From NCBI GenBank assembly GCA_963796955.1, contig CAWCNJ010000004.1:1-64000 (forward strand): a DNA stretch of 64,000 nt, in the 5' to 3' direction. This DNA is from Endomicrobiales bacterium (GTDB lineage Bacteria > Elusimicrobiota > Endomicrobiia > Endomicrobiales > JALOBY01). Positions 18,819-27,347 of this stretch are shown here, piece by piece; the stretch's first letter is position 1; each line of letters begins with the position of its first letter. The position numbers and the translations under genes are program-made. Under the pieces are notes generated by a model. The model did not search any database. It was not told the origin of the DNA and saw only the letters and a program-made list of their open reading frames with translations.

Positions 18819-19754
18819 ATGAAACCTGGAGCCCATGTGAAAAGATCTTGCGCGATCGTGCTGAGTGTGTTGGTGATGAATATCGTTTCGTATGCGGCAT
18901 TTTCAAAAGATGATGCAGGAACCTCAGCCGCCCAGTTCTTGAAGCTGGGCGCCGGCGCCAGGGCGACCGCCATGGGCAACGCCTATGCCGGCCTTGCGGA
19001 TGATTCAACCGCGGTTTATTGGAACCCTGCCGGCCTATTGCGCACCGCCGGCCCCGAACTGTCTTTTATGCATTCCGTGTGGTTCGAAGATATTTCCTAC
19101 GATTGGTTCTCATATTCAAGACCGGTGGGCCCGCTTGGCGCTTTTGGCCTTGGGGTGCAATACCTTTCCTACGGCAGTATCACGCAGACCGATAATACCG
19201 GGCTTGATACGGGTGATTTCAAACCGGCCGACAGCGCGGTGACATTGTCCTACGGCAGAAAAGTGTGCGGCTTTTTAGCCGGTGTAAGCGTCAAATATAT
19301 TTCATCGAAAATAGTTACTACGGCTACCGCCTACGCGCTGGACCTGGGGGTAATGCGCACCCTGCTGAACGATAAGCTCTCCCTCGGCTTTACAGCCCAG
19401 AACATAGGGACCAGGCTGAAGTACTACTCCGAGGAAGAGCAGCTTCCGCTGAGCCTCACGCTGGGCGGCGCATACGTTATTAAAGACGGCTGGTTGGCGT
19501 CCTTAGATCTGAACGCGCCTGTAGATAATGAACCGAATATCGGGGTCGGCACAGAATATTCTTACCACTACTCCACGAAGGTCGCTATCGCTGTCAGGGC
19601 GGGTTACAATACAAAGGCGAAAGATGTCGGTGGCCTTAATGGCGTCAGCGGCGGCATAGGTATAACGTACATGAAGTATTCGCTGGATTATGCCTTCGTC
19701 CCATACGGAGACCTCGGCGACACGCAAAGGATCAGTATTTCCTGCAAATTCTAA
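18819..19754 (+). CDS. PorV/PorQ-like (UPF0164) outer-membrane beta-barrel
   Basis: AQFLKLGAGARATAMGNAY...YWNPAGL; DYAFVPYGDLG; terminal Phe. Confidence 0.85.
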   Translation: MKPGAHVKRSCAIVLSVLVMNIVSYAAFSKDDAGTSAAQFLKLGAGARATAMGNAYAGLADDSTAVYWNPAGLLRTAGPELSFMHSVWFEDISYDWFSYSRPVGPLGAFGLGVQYLSYGSITQTDNTGLDTGDFKPADSAVTLSYGRKVCGFLAGVSVKYISSKIVTTATAYALDLGVMRTLLNDKLSLGFTAQNIGTRLKYYSEEEQLPLSLTLGGAYVIKDGWLASLDLNAPVDNEPNIGVGTEYSYHYSTKVAIAVRAGYNTKAKDVGGLNGVSGGIGITYMKYSLDYAFVPYGDLGDTQRISISCKF

Positions 19755-19812
19755 AACATGACCGTTAACGGCGCTATTGCGCCTGGATAATTCAATACGC
19801 TGTCCATTCCTA

Positions 19813-19848
19813 TAAGCCGGCCGCGCTTTCTTCAAAGTGCGACCGGCT
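19813..19848 (+). repeat. Copy 2 of the hairpin at 14584
   Basis: TAAGCCGGCCGCGCTTT (17/17 identical to 14584) followed by AAAGTGCGACCGGCT. Confidence 0.8.
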
Positions 19849-19958
19849 GCATATTTGTAACATACTTTATGTTAGTAAAAGGCGAAATATGCAATTTGTA
19901 TTTTCCCTTGTGAGTGATAAAATGGAATCAGGTGTAAAATAGATGCCAATGAGGTGCA

Positions 19959-21542
19959 TTGTGCAAAAAAGTATGTTGGCAGATGTATATTAAATTAGGC
20001 TTTGGTAAAATATTCGGGTGGCTTAAAAACTCTCCAATACGCTCTGTCGCATTGGTTTCAATAGTTATTTTCTCTCTGTCTGAAGCGTGCGACAAAATAT
20101 GGCGTTCTACCGGGAATCAGCCGGGACGTCCGAACAACAGTATACAGCTGCCGGTGATCAGCGAGCTTTTCGCGTCCGCCATCACCACTAATAGCGCCTT
20201 GATCATCTGGAAGACGCCAAAGCCTTCGGATTCAACGGTGAATTTCGGTGAAACCACCAGCGCGAACACGCCGGTAACGATACATGTAATGTCGGTGCAG
20301 CACTCTGTCGCTTTGAGTAATTTAAAAGCCGGTACCAAGTATTACTTTATCGCCAGCAGCCGGGATTCTCTGGGAAATGTTAATGTTTCCGCCCAAATGA
20401 GTTTTACGACGGAAAATTTGAGTTCGGACGTTACCGGTCCGGTCATCAGCAATTTGAGCGCCACGCCCACTCCGACTTCCGGGGCGACACTACTGAGCGT
20501 TTCCGCGACGGTCTCGGACGCCGCCACCGGCGGTTCCAACGTCGTGGCTGTTGAGTGTTTCCTCGATGCACAAGGGGCAACGGGTACCGGTACGGCGCTG
20601 AGCGCCCAGGACGGAGTATTTAATTCAGTGACAGAAAATGTAAATGGGACGATAAGTATCGCGGGTCTTCCCGTCGGCCCGCACACCATCTACGCGCACG
20701 GCAGCGACTCCAGGAATAACTGGGGAGCATTTCAGAGCTTCCCCATATCAGTGACTGCAGCGACGTCGGGCGATACGGTGGGACCTCTGACTGCTAGTTT
20801 CAATATAACGCCCAATCCCAGCGCCGGTGCCGCCAGCGGTGCGATCTCCGCCACCATCTCAGATGTGGGTACGGGGAACTCTAATATCAGCGCTGCAGAA
20901 TATTTTGTTGATTCCCAGGGGGCGAACGGTACCGGTATCAGCCTGGCCGCCAAGGACGGTGCCTTTAATTCACCGACGGAAGCCGTATCGGGTACCATTA
21001 ATACGGCCGGTCTTTCCCTGGGAACTCACCGGATATATTTAAACGGCAGGGATTCGCAAAACAATTGGGGCGGCGCCCAATTCGTGGACCTGGTGATAAC
21101 CTCCGCGGTCGGTAAACCCGACGCCTCAAGTCTGACCGTGGTAAGTTACGGCATGGTATCACCGTCGTCCCATTCGACAGAAGCTGTCTGGATAGAAGAC
21201 AGTTTGGGAAATTTTGTCCGCTCGCTTTTTGTGGGCACCTACGCAGATGCCAACACCAATTTCCTTCCGACCTGGGAAACCGTATCAGGCGGGCAAACGA
21301 ACGGTACGACCGGGGCATCAAAGTCCGCCGGGAGCTTTACGGCCACCTGGCAGCCCATGTTCCAGTCGGGCGGTTCTGTCATGGTGATCCAGGGCAATTA
21401 CCGCTACCGGCTGGAGTACCGCCAGGAAGGGAGCGCGCCGGTCGTGTTCACCGGCACCTTATCGGTCGGGAATGCGCCTTCCTCGTCAAGCGGGACGAAT
21501 GGAACACCGGTCAGTTCGTTATCGGCGTCGTATACGCCTTGA
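19959..21542 (+). CDS. Probable lipoprotein: Fn3-like domain, two Ig-like repeats and a C-terminal DUF2271-like flavinylation domain
   Basis: LSEAC lipobox-like sequence; LKAGTKYYF Fn3; two ~110-aa repeats (GP...DG.FNS.TE...D..NNWG); AVWIED.GNFVRSL...W...NGTTGAS; start uncertain. Confidence 0.75.
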   Translation: MCKKVCWQMYIKLGFGKIFGWLKNSPIRSVALVSIVIFSLSEACDKIWRSTGNQPGRPNNSIQLPVISELFASAITTNSALIIWKTPKPSDSTVNFGETTSANTPVTIHVMSVQHSVALSNLKAGTKYYFIASSRDSLGNVNVSAQMSFTTENLSSDVTGPVISNLSATPTPTSGATLLSVSATVSDAATGGSNVVAVECFLDAQGATGTGTALSAQDGVFNSVTENVNGTISIAGLPVGPHTIYAHGSDSRNNWGAFQSFPISVTAATSGDTVGPLTASFNITPNPSAGAASGAISATISDVGTGNSNISAAEYFVDSQGANGTGISLAAKDGAFNSPTEAVSGTINTAGLSLGTHRIYLNGRDSQNNWGGAQFVDLVITSAVGKPDASSLTVVSYGMVSPSSHSTEAVWIEDSLGNFVRSLFVGTYADANTNFLPTWETVSGGQTNGTTGASKSAGSFTATWQPMFQSGGSVMVIQGNYRYRLEYRQEGSAPVVFTGTLSVGNAPSSSSGTNGTPVSSLSASYTP

Positions 21543-21576
21543 AATGGTAACTTCGTATGACCATAAGGAAGGTTTT

Positions 21577-21795
21577 ATGATAAAACGCTGGCTCAAGCTG
21601 ATGCTGATCTGGGGTTTGTTGCCCGTCTGCGGCTGTTCCTCGGTGGCTCCCTGGCAGAAGGGGATCGTCGGCGACAGTACCATGCAGTTCCAGGGAGAAC
21701 AATCGGGTGCGGTTTATGAACAACACATGCTCAACGCACGCGAGGCTTCAAGCGGCGGATATGGCGGTTCCGGCGGAGGCTGCGGGTGCAAATAG
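21577..21795 (+). CDS. DUF4266-family lipoprotein
   Basis: CGCSSVAPWQKG...AREASSGGYGGSGGGCGCK; SD AAGGAAGG. Confidence 0.88.
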   Translation: MIKRWLKLMLIWGLLPVCGCSSVAPWQKGIVGDSTMQFQGEQSGAVYEQHMLNAREASSGGYGGSGGGCGCK

Positions 21796-21818
21796 TAATT
21801 ATCAGTAGGGGGGCAGAT

Positions 21819-22379
21819 ATGTTCATCGTAACGATTAAAAAGCTGGCTATGGTATGTGCGGCGCTGTTAATGCTTTTGTCGTCCGCGTTCGCGGAGTTGA
21901 AGATCGGCGATAAGGCTCCGGATTTTACGATAAAAGATGCTGCAGGCCGCACCGTGTTCACGCTGGGTGAATATAAGGGGAGTAAAATAGTTTATCTGGA
22001 TTTTTTCGCCACCTGGTGCACCAACTGTCAGGAGGAAATGGACCAATTAAAAGCTATTCATTCTCGCTACGGCGGACAGGGTCTTGAGATGATAGCAATT
22101 GACGTGCAGGAAGATGAGGCCAAGATGAAGAAATTTGTGGCCAAATACGGTATTCCCTTCCGGGTATTGCTTGATCCTGATGCGGAAATAGCCCGCAAAT
22201 ACGGTCTCGCCGGCTTCCCGTTCAATCTTATAATCGACGGTAACGGCAAAATAGTTTTCGTGGATTCCGCGCCTCCAAAGGATTTCGGGAAGATATTCGA
22301 GCCCTTGAAGGGAACCATTGCGCAAAAGGAAACGCCCAAAACCAGATCTCCCGGCGCTAAACCCGTAAAGACCAAGTGA
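21819..22379 (+). CDS. TlpA/ResA-like exported thioredoxin
   Basis: Signal peptide ending AFA; APDFT; DFFATWCTNC; cis-Pro motif GFP. Confidence 0.9.
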   Translation: MFIVTIKKLAMVCAALLMLLSSAFAELKIGDKAPDFTIKDAAGRTVFTLGEYKGSKIVYLDFFATWCTNCQEEMDQLKAIHSRYGGQGLEMIAIDVQEDEAKMKKFVAKYGIPFRVLLDPDAEIARKYGLAGFPFNLIIDGNGKIVFVDSAPPKDFGKIFEPLKGTIAQKETPKTRSPGAKPVKTK

Positions 22380-23501
22380 GGAGGAAGGCGATACTTATTG
22401 CGCTGATCCTGATGTGCGCTGCCGGCGCCGGCAGACGGGTATGTCGCGCCACGACAGAAGCCAGCTTGAAATATGTCACCTATGACGACAATGATAAAGC
22501 CGATGTTACCACCGAATCCGTCGATGTTTCTTTCGACGCGGCACGGTGGACGAAGGTTTTGATCTCCGGCACGCTTGATTCCATAACCGGGGCTTCGCGC
22601 AAGATACCTATCATAAACGGCATTACTGCCGCCACGTCCACCAATCAGCTTGAGAGGGTAGAGCAGCGGAAGGAAAAATCCCTGGGTGTAGCCCAGCGGG
22701 TGGGAGGTAATACGTTCACGGTGATCGGCGACAACAGTCTGGAAGATGACTACGAATCAAATTCTTACAATCTTTCCTGGGCAAAGGAATTTAATAACCG
22801 CAATAACGCCGGTGACCGTTTCGTATTCCGGATTTAAAGACAGGCTGTTCCCCTTCGGGGTTTCCTGGACCGATACGAAGGATTCGCAAATTTATGATCT
22901 TTCTTTTACGAGCGTTCTGACTACCAGGTCCCAGATGCGCGCCTCGGCCAGCTACGGCCTTGATGATGGTTACCTTTCCAACCCCTACCACCGCATAAAC
23001 ATCGACGGCTTCTATTTTATGGAACGCCACCCGGTACTGCGCGATAAGCTCGCTTTCGGATTGTTCTATAATCTTGGGTTTTCGGGTGAACGAATATCCT
23101 CTGTGCAGCTTGATTACCGGTATTATGCGGACAGCTGGGAAATAAAGTCGCATACGTTCGGGGTGAAATTCTCCCAACATATAACGGATGCCCTCACGGC
23201 TTCCCTGCGGCAGCGTTATTATGTGCAGTCCGGCGCCTATTTTTTCAAGAACCCGTATACGCAGGAAGAGGAGTTCATGACGGGCGATCCAAAACTCGCG
23301 CCGTTCACTTCCACGCTTTCAGGCATAGGCCTGACGTTGGAGGCGACACGCTGGTTATCTTTCGAACTGCTGTATGAACAGTATCACCAGCGTTCGAGTA
23401 TCAATTATGCCTACATTTATGAATCGGTCGCCAAGGCGGACCTGATCTCCCAGATACTGTTCATAAGCACAAAACTGAAGTTCAATATAACGGGCGAGTG
23501 A
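22376..23501 (+). CDS. DUF3570-family outer-membrane protein, frameshifted near 22800-22806
   Basis: DSITGAS, EDDYES, GYLSNPY, ERHP..R, YRYYADSWEIKSHT, RYYVQSGAYFF and GDPKLAPF motifs across two overlapping ORFs; +1 shift at AATAACCGCAATAACG. Confidence 0.8.
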
Positions 23502-23514
23502 GCCCGGATCCCCT

Positions 23515-23871
23515 ATGAGAACGGTAGACGGTATATTAATAGCGCTGATAGTGGCAGTCTCACTTTTCCTTTTGTACGGGCAATTGTTCTTAACGCCGCG
23601 GGCGGTAACGGCGCGCATCTATGAGAACGGCATAAAGATAGCGGATATCGACCGCGGAAAGGACGCGAGGATCCCGATTATAGGCGGCAAAATGCATATA
23701 GAGGTCAGGGACGGATCGTTAAGGATCGCTGATTCGAATTGTCCGGGACAATGCTGCGTGCGCGGCGGCTGGATCAATAAAAGCGGACAAAGCCTGGTAT
23801 GCGCGCCGAACAGGGTATCGATAGAACTTACCGGCGGGGAGGATTCGGAATATGACGCGCTCACACGGTGA
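23515..23871 (+). CDS. NusG domain II / EetA-like protein
   Basis: N-terminal TM; SNCPGQCCVRGGWI...LVCAPNRV; C-terminal YDAL. Confidence 0.88.
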   Translation: MRTVDGILIALIVAVSLFLLYGQLFLTPRAVTARIYENGIKIADIDRGKDARIPIIGGKMHIEVRDGSLRIADSNCPGQCCVRGGWINKSGQSLVCAPNRVSIELTGGEDSEYDALTR

Positions 23872-24994
23872 TATCTCGCTTATGGCGGCGACGGCAAGCG
23901 TGCTGCAGATAGCGGAGTCCTTTATACCGTTGCCGCTGCCGGGTATAAAATTCGGTTTTGCCAATCTGATAACGCTTGTTGCGCTGGTGCTGTACGGTTT
24001 TCGTGCAGGTCTGGCGGTCGCCCTGCTGCGAGCGCTGATCAGTTCCCTGCTGCTTGGAAGTTTTCTTTCGCCCGGCTTCGTTCTCAGCGTTTCTGGCGCC
24101 GTTTCCAGCGCGCTTATTATGGGGGCCGTCCTTTGTATTGATAGCGAACAAAAGGTGCTGGGACTGGTCGGTATCAGCGTGCTTGGCGCCCTCGCGCACA
24201 ATTTTGCTCAGCTCTTTGTCGTCTCCACCCTTTTTACCGGTTTACGATCCGTTGTATGGTTCGTCCCCTGGATATTGTTGAGCGGGGCCTTGACCGGATA
24301 CTTGACGGGTTCGGCGGCCATACGGCTTCTGCGTCGTTTAAAAAGGCACAGTGCCCGGCATCCCAGCCCCATTATCGTGTCGCCCGGCGAAAAACGTGGT
24401 AGCGCGGGCGTAGCGGCAGCGTCAATGAAATTGATCATTTTTTTTGCGGCGGCCGTGTTCATTATGAGCACGAAAAGTTTGTTAAGTTATGTGCCGCTGC
24501 TCGCGTTGATAGGCGGACTTGCGGTGTATGTCAGGATACCCGCTGATAAGATCTTAAAAAATATGAAGCGCTTGTTATTCGTTTTGCTGTTTTCATTCAT
24601 CGTGAACGCATTTCCCGCATGGCATTGGGGCATTCCGGGCTGGGAGAACCTGCGGCTCGGCTGCATTGTTTGCCTGCGCCTTATAACGCTTACTGCGGCA
24701 GCGCTGCTGGTTATGGAAACAACGAGCGGCCATGAGATCGCCGGAGCGCTTCAGCTGATGATGAAGCCCTTGAGAGCCTTCGGTCTGGACCCGGCCCGCA
24801 TAGCCGGCTATATCGCATCGGCTCTTGAAACAGCGCCGGCCTACGCCGCCCATGTGCGCCGCCGGTTGAGCAGGATATCACCGGCGCGAAAAAGGAGCTT
24901 CAAATATATGTCCGCCTTCGCCCTCTCAGCGTTAACATCCGCTCTCAGGGACAACAACCAGGGGGCCTTTGCGTATGCGCGATCAAAAGTGTAA
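23852..24994 (+). CDS. Gx transporter (EetB-like) fused to an EcfT/CbiQ-like (FmnA-like) membrane domain
   Basis: N-half E..IPLPLPGIKFGFAN...GISVLGALAHNFAQL; C-half LRLITL...METTSGHEIAGALQLMMKPLRAFG, typical of EcfT. Confidence 0.8.
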   Translation: MTRSHGDISLMAATASVLQIAESFIPLPLPGIKFGFANLITLVALVLYGFRAGLAVALLRALISSLLLGSFLSPGFVLSVSGAVSSALIMGAVLCIDSEQKVLGLVGISVLGALAHNFAQLFVVSTLFTGLRSVVWFVPWILLSGALTGYLTGSAAIRLLRRLKRHSARHPSPIIVSPGEKRGSAGVAAASMKLIIFFAAAVFIMSTKSLLSYVPLLALIGGLAVYVRIPADKILKNMKRLLFVLLFSFIVNAFPAWHWGIPGWENLRLGCIVCLRLITLTAAALLVMETTSGHEIAGALQLMMKPLRAFGLDPARIAGYIASALETAPAYAAHVRRRLSRISPARKRSFKYMSAFALSALTSALRDNNQGAFAYARSKV

Positions 24995-25973
24995 GTGGTT
25001 CTTTGCAGCGGTATTAGGCGCGGTCTTGTGCGGCTGCACGCCAAAAGAACCGGTCATTCAAACCCGTTTTCTATTCGATACGGTTTGTAAGATCACTGTT
25101 CCAGCTTCGGAAAATAACGCGGTCTTTGCGGTCAACGAAGCATTCAACAGAGCCCGGGAAATACATGAAAAATTCAACGTGCTCAACAGTTCTTCACCGC
25201 TGTACGCGTTCAATCATTACGGTACGCCGATACGTGACAGTGAAGTGGCAGGTCTGGTCACCACAGCCTTCAAGATCCGTGAAGAAAGCGGCGGCGCTTT
25301 TGACCCTACGGTGTACCCGCTCGTAATGCTCTGGGGTTTTTATTCGGATACGCCGGCACTGCCGGAAAAAAACGCTATCAAAAATGATCTTGCCCTGACA
25401 GGCCCGGATGCGGTGCGTCTCGAAAAGGGGAAGGTTTATGCGTTAAAAAATGGCGCCGGCCTGGACCTGGCGGGCGTGGTGTCCGGCTACGCGGCCGACG
25501 AAGCGCTGAAGGTGCTTAAGAAAAACGGGATAAAGTCCGCGCTGATAGACATGGGGGGCGAGATCTACGCGCTCGGTTCTAACAACGGCAGAAAATGGAA
25601 AGTAGGCCTTAAAGATCCCAGGGGTGAAGGAATAATAGGCATTATCGAGCTTGAAAACGAGGCGGTTGTTACGGGCGGGGATTACGAGAAGTATTTTATG
25701 GTTAACGGGAAGAGATACTGCCATATCCTGGATCCGAAGACCGGCTACCCGGCCGAAGGAATGCAGAGCGTCAGCGTGCTACACCCGTTAACGGTCATTG
25801 CTGACGGCTGGTCTACCGCTTTTTTCGTGCTCGGCGCTGAAAAAGGTTTTGAGATAGTGAACAAAAAAGCGGAATTTAAGGTTTTGGCGGTTACCGGTGA
25901 AGGAAAGCTGATCGGTTCCTTCGGTACAAAAAAACAGTTCACGCTGAAAAAGATCGGGGCGCCGGTTCTGTAA
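24975..25973 (+). CDS. apbE: FAD:protein FMN transferase (lipoprotein)
   Basis: VLCGC lipobox; GAFDPTV, GDYEKY, HILDPKTGYP, ADGWSTA. Confidence 0.93.
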   Translation: MRDQKCKWFFAAVLGAVLCGCTPKEPVIQTRFLFDTVCKITVPASENNAVFAVNEAFNRAREIHEKFNVLNSSSPLYAFNHYGTPIRDSEVAGLVTTAFKIREESGGAFDPTVYPLVMLWGFYSDTPALPEKNAIKNDLALTGPDAVRLEKGKVYALKNGAGLDLAGVVSGYAADEALKVLKKNGIKSALIDMGGEIYALGSNNGRKWKVGLKDPRGEGIIGIIELENEAVVTGGDYEKYFMVNGKRYCHILDPKTGYPAEGMQSVSVLHPLTVIADGWSTAFFVLGAEKGFEIVNKKAEFKVLAVTGEGKLIGSFGTKKQFTLKKIGAPVL

Positions 25974-25992
25974 AAGTATCAAGGGGGGATGT

Positions 25993-26667
25993 ATGCATAT
26001 AGATTTTTCACACCTGAGCATCGGCACATTTTTGGCGGTCTATGCCGCCGGCTTTATCACTTCGCTTACCCCGTGCGTATATCCGATCATCCCCATCGTG
26101 GTAGGTTTTCTCGGTTCACGTTCAGGTGGTTTCGGCTCACGGGCGAAAGGCGCGGTATTATATACGCTCGGGCTTGCGTTCGTCTACACGGCCCTCGGCA
26201 TGGTAGCGGCACTGACGGGAAAGATATTCGGCACGTTGACGGCTAACTCGTACGTATTCGGCGCCTTCGGGCTGCTTATCCTTGTGCTGGGCGGCAATAT
26301 GATGGAGTGGTACATCATACCGATACCGGGCTTTAAGGTAACTATGGAAGGAGAAAAGGAGTCGTTCTTCACGCCGTTCATTGTAGGTATGAGCACCGGG
26401 CTTGTGGCCTCGCCCTGTACGGCTCCGGTGCTTGGGGGCTTGCTCATGTTCGTAGCCGCGACAAAAGCCGTTGTGAAAGGCGGTCTTTTGATGTTCACTT
26501 TTTCCGTTGGCATGAGTACGCTGCTGCTGATCATAGGGTTTTCCGCCAGTTTGATCAGCTTCCTTCCCAAATCCGGACAATGGATGGTCACCGTGAAGAA
26601 AGTCCTGGCCCTGATCCTTATCTGCGCGGGGCTGTACTTTGTTTTCCTTGCCGGTAAACTTTCATAA
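25993..26667 (+). CDS. DsbD/CcdA transmembrane electron-transfer domain
   Basis: SLTPCVYPIIP and ASPCTAP Cys motifs; LPKSGQWM. Confidence 0.92.
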   Translation: MHIDFSHLSIGTFLAVYAAGFITSLTPCVYPIIPIVVGFLGSRSGGFGSRAKGAVLYTLGLAFVYTALGMVAALTGKIFGTLTANSYVFGAFGLLILVLGGNMMEWYIIPIPGFKVTMEGEKESFFTPFIVGMSTGLVASPCTAPVLGGLLMFVAATKAVVKGGLLMFTFSVGMSTLLLIIGFSASLISFLPKSGQWMVTVKKVLALILICAGLYFVFLAGKLS

Positions 26668-26694
26668 CTACTTGTGGTTTTTTCAGGGGCGATA

Positions 26695-26724
26695 TTGACT
26701 TACGGATAAAAAAAGAGTTAGAAT
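26695..26724 (+). promoter_or_regulatory. Sigma70 promoter of the atp operon
   Basis: TTGACT-18 bp-TAGAAT. Confidence 0.6.
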
Positions 26725-26823
26725 TAACTACAACAAAATAAAGATCGCAATGGTGCGACCTGCTAAGCAGTTCAGGTGCGCTATTTTTATTTCTACGCGA
26801 TCTTTGAAGACCGGCGGTAGTGT

Positions 26824-27063
26824 ATGGATAAAAAAAGGTTTTTGGAAGGTATCAGGGAATCCGGCGCTATCGGGCAGCTTGCATCGATCGGTATTTCAAT
26901 TGTCGTCGCGACGTTCATCGGGTTCGGGCTGGGGTATGTGATAGATTCATATTTTGGCACCCGGCCGGTGTTCATGATAGTATTTCTTTTACTCGGTGTC
27001 GCCGCTGGTTTTGTCGGGGCTGTGCGTACGATCAATAATGCGGAAAAGGAAAGGAAAAAATAG
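26824..27063 (+). CDS. AtpZ/AtpI family protein
   Basis: GLGYVIDSYFGTRP...GVAAGF; first gene of the atp operon. Confidence 0.88.
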   Translation: MDKKRFLEGIRESGAIGQLASIGISIVVATFIGFGLGYVIDSYFGTRPVFMIVFLLLGVAAGFVGAVRTINNAEKERKK

Positions 27064-27347
27064 TGTTTTTAAAGGGTTTTGTGATCGGGGTGACCGGAAT
27101 GGCCGCGTATATGGCGGCCTTTCAGTATAGTTTGGGCGCGATAATGCGGAGTAACCCCCGGTTCCCGAAATTACTGTACGCTCTTTCTTACGTAGCCCGT
27201 TACTTCCTGCTGGGTGTCTGTGTGTATTTTTTCCTCAAATATAAGCTCGGCAGTATTTTAGGTCTGCTGGCCGGCATCATAGCCGGTACTCTGGGATACG
27301 CCCAGCTTCATGTGAAAAAAATCAAAGTACTGGAACAAGCTAAATGA
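27063..27347 (+). CDS. atpI: ATP synthase subunit I-like membrane protein
   Basis: Hydrophobic 94 aa directly upstream of atpB. Confidence 0.65.
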   Translation: MFLKGFVIGVTGMAAYMAAFQYSLGAIMRSNPRFPKLLYALSYVARYFLLGVCVYFFLKYKLGSILGLLAGIIAGTLGYAQLHVKKIKVLEQAK

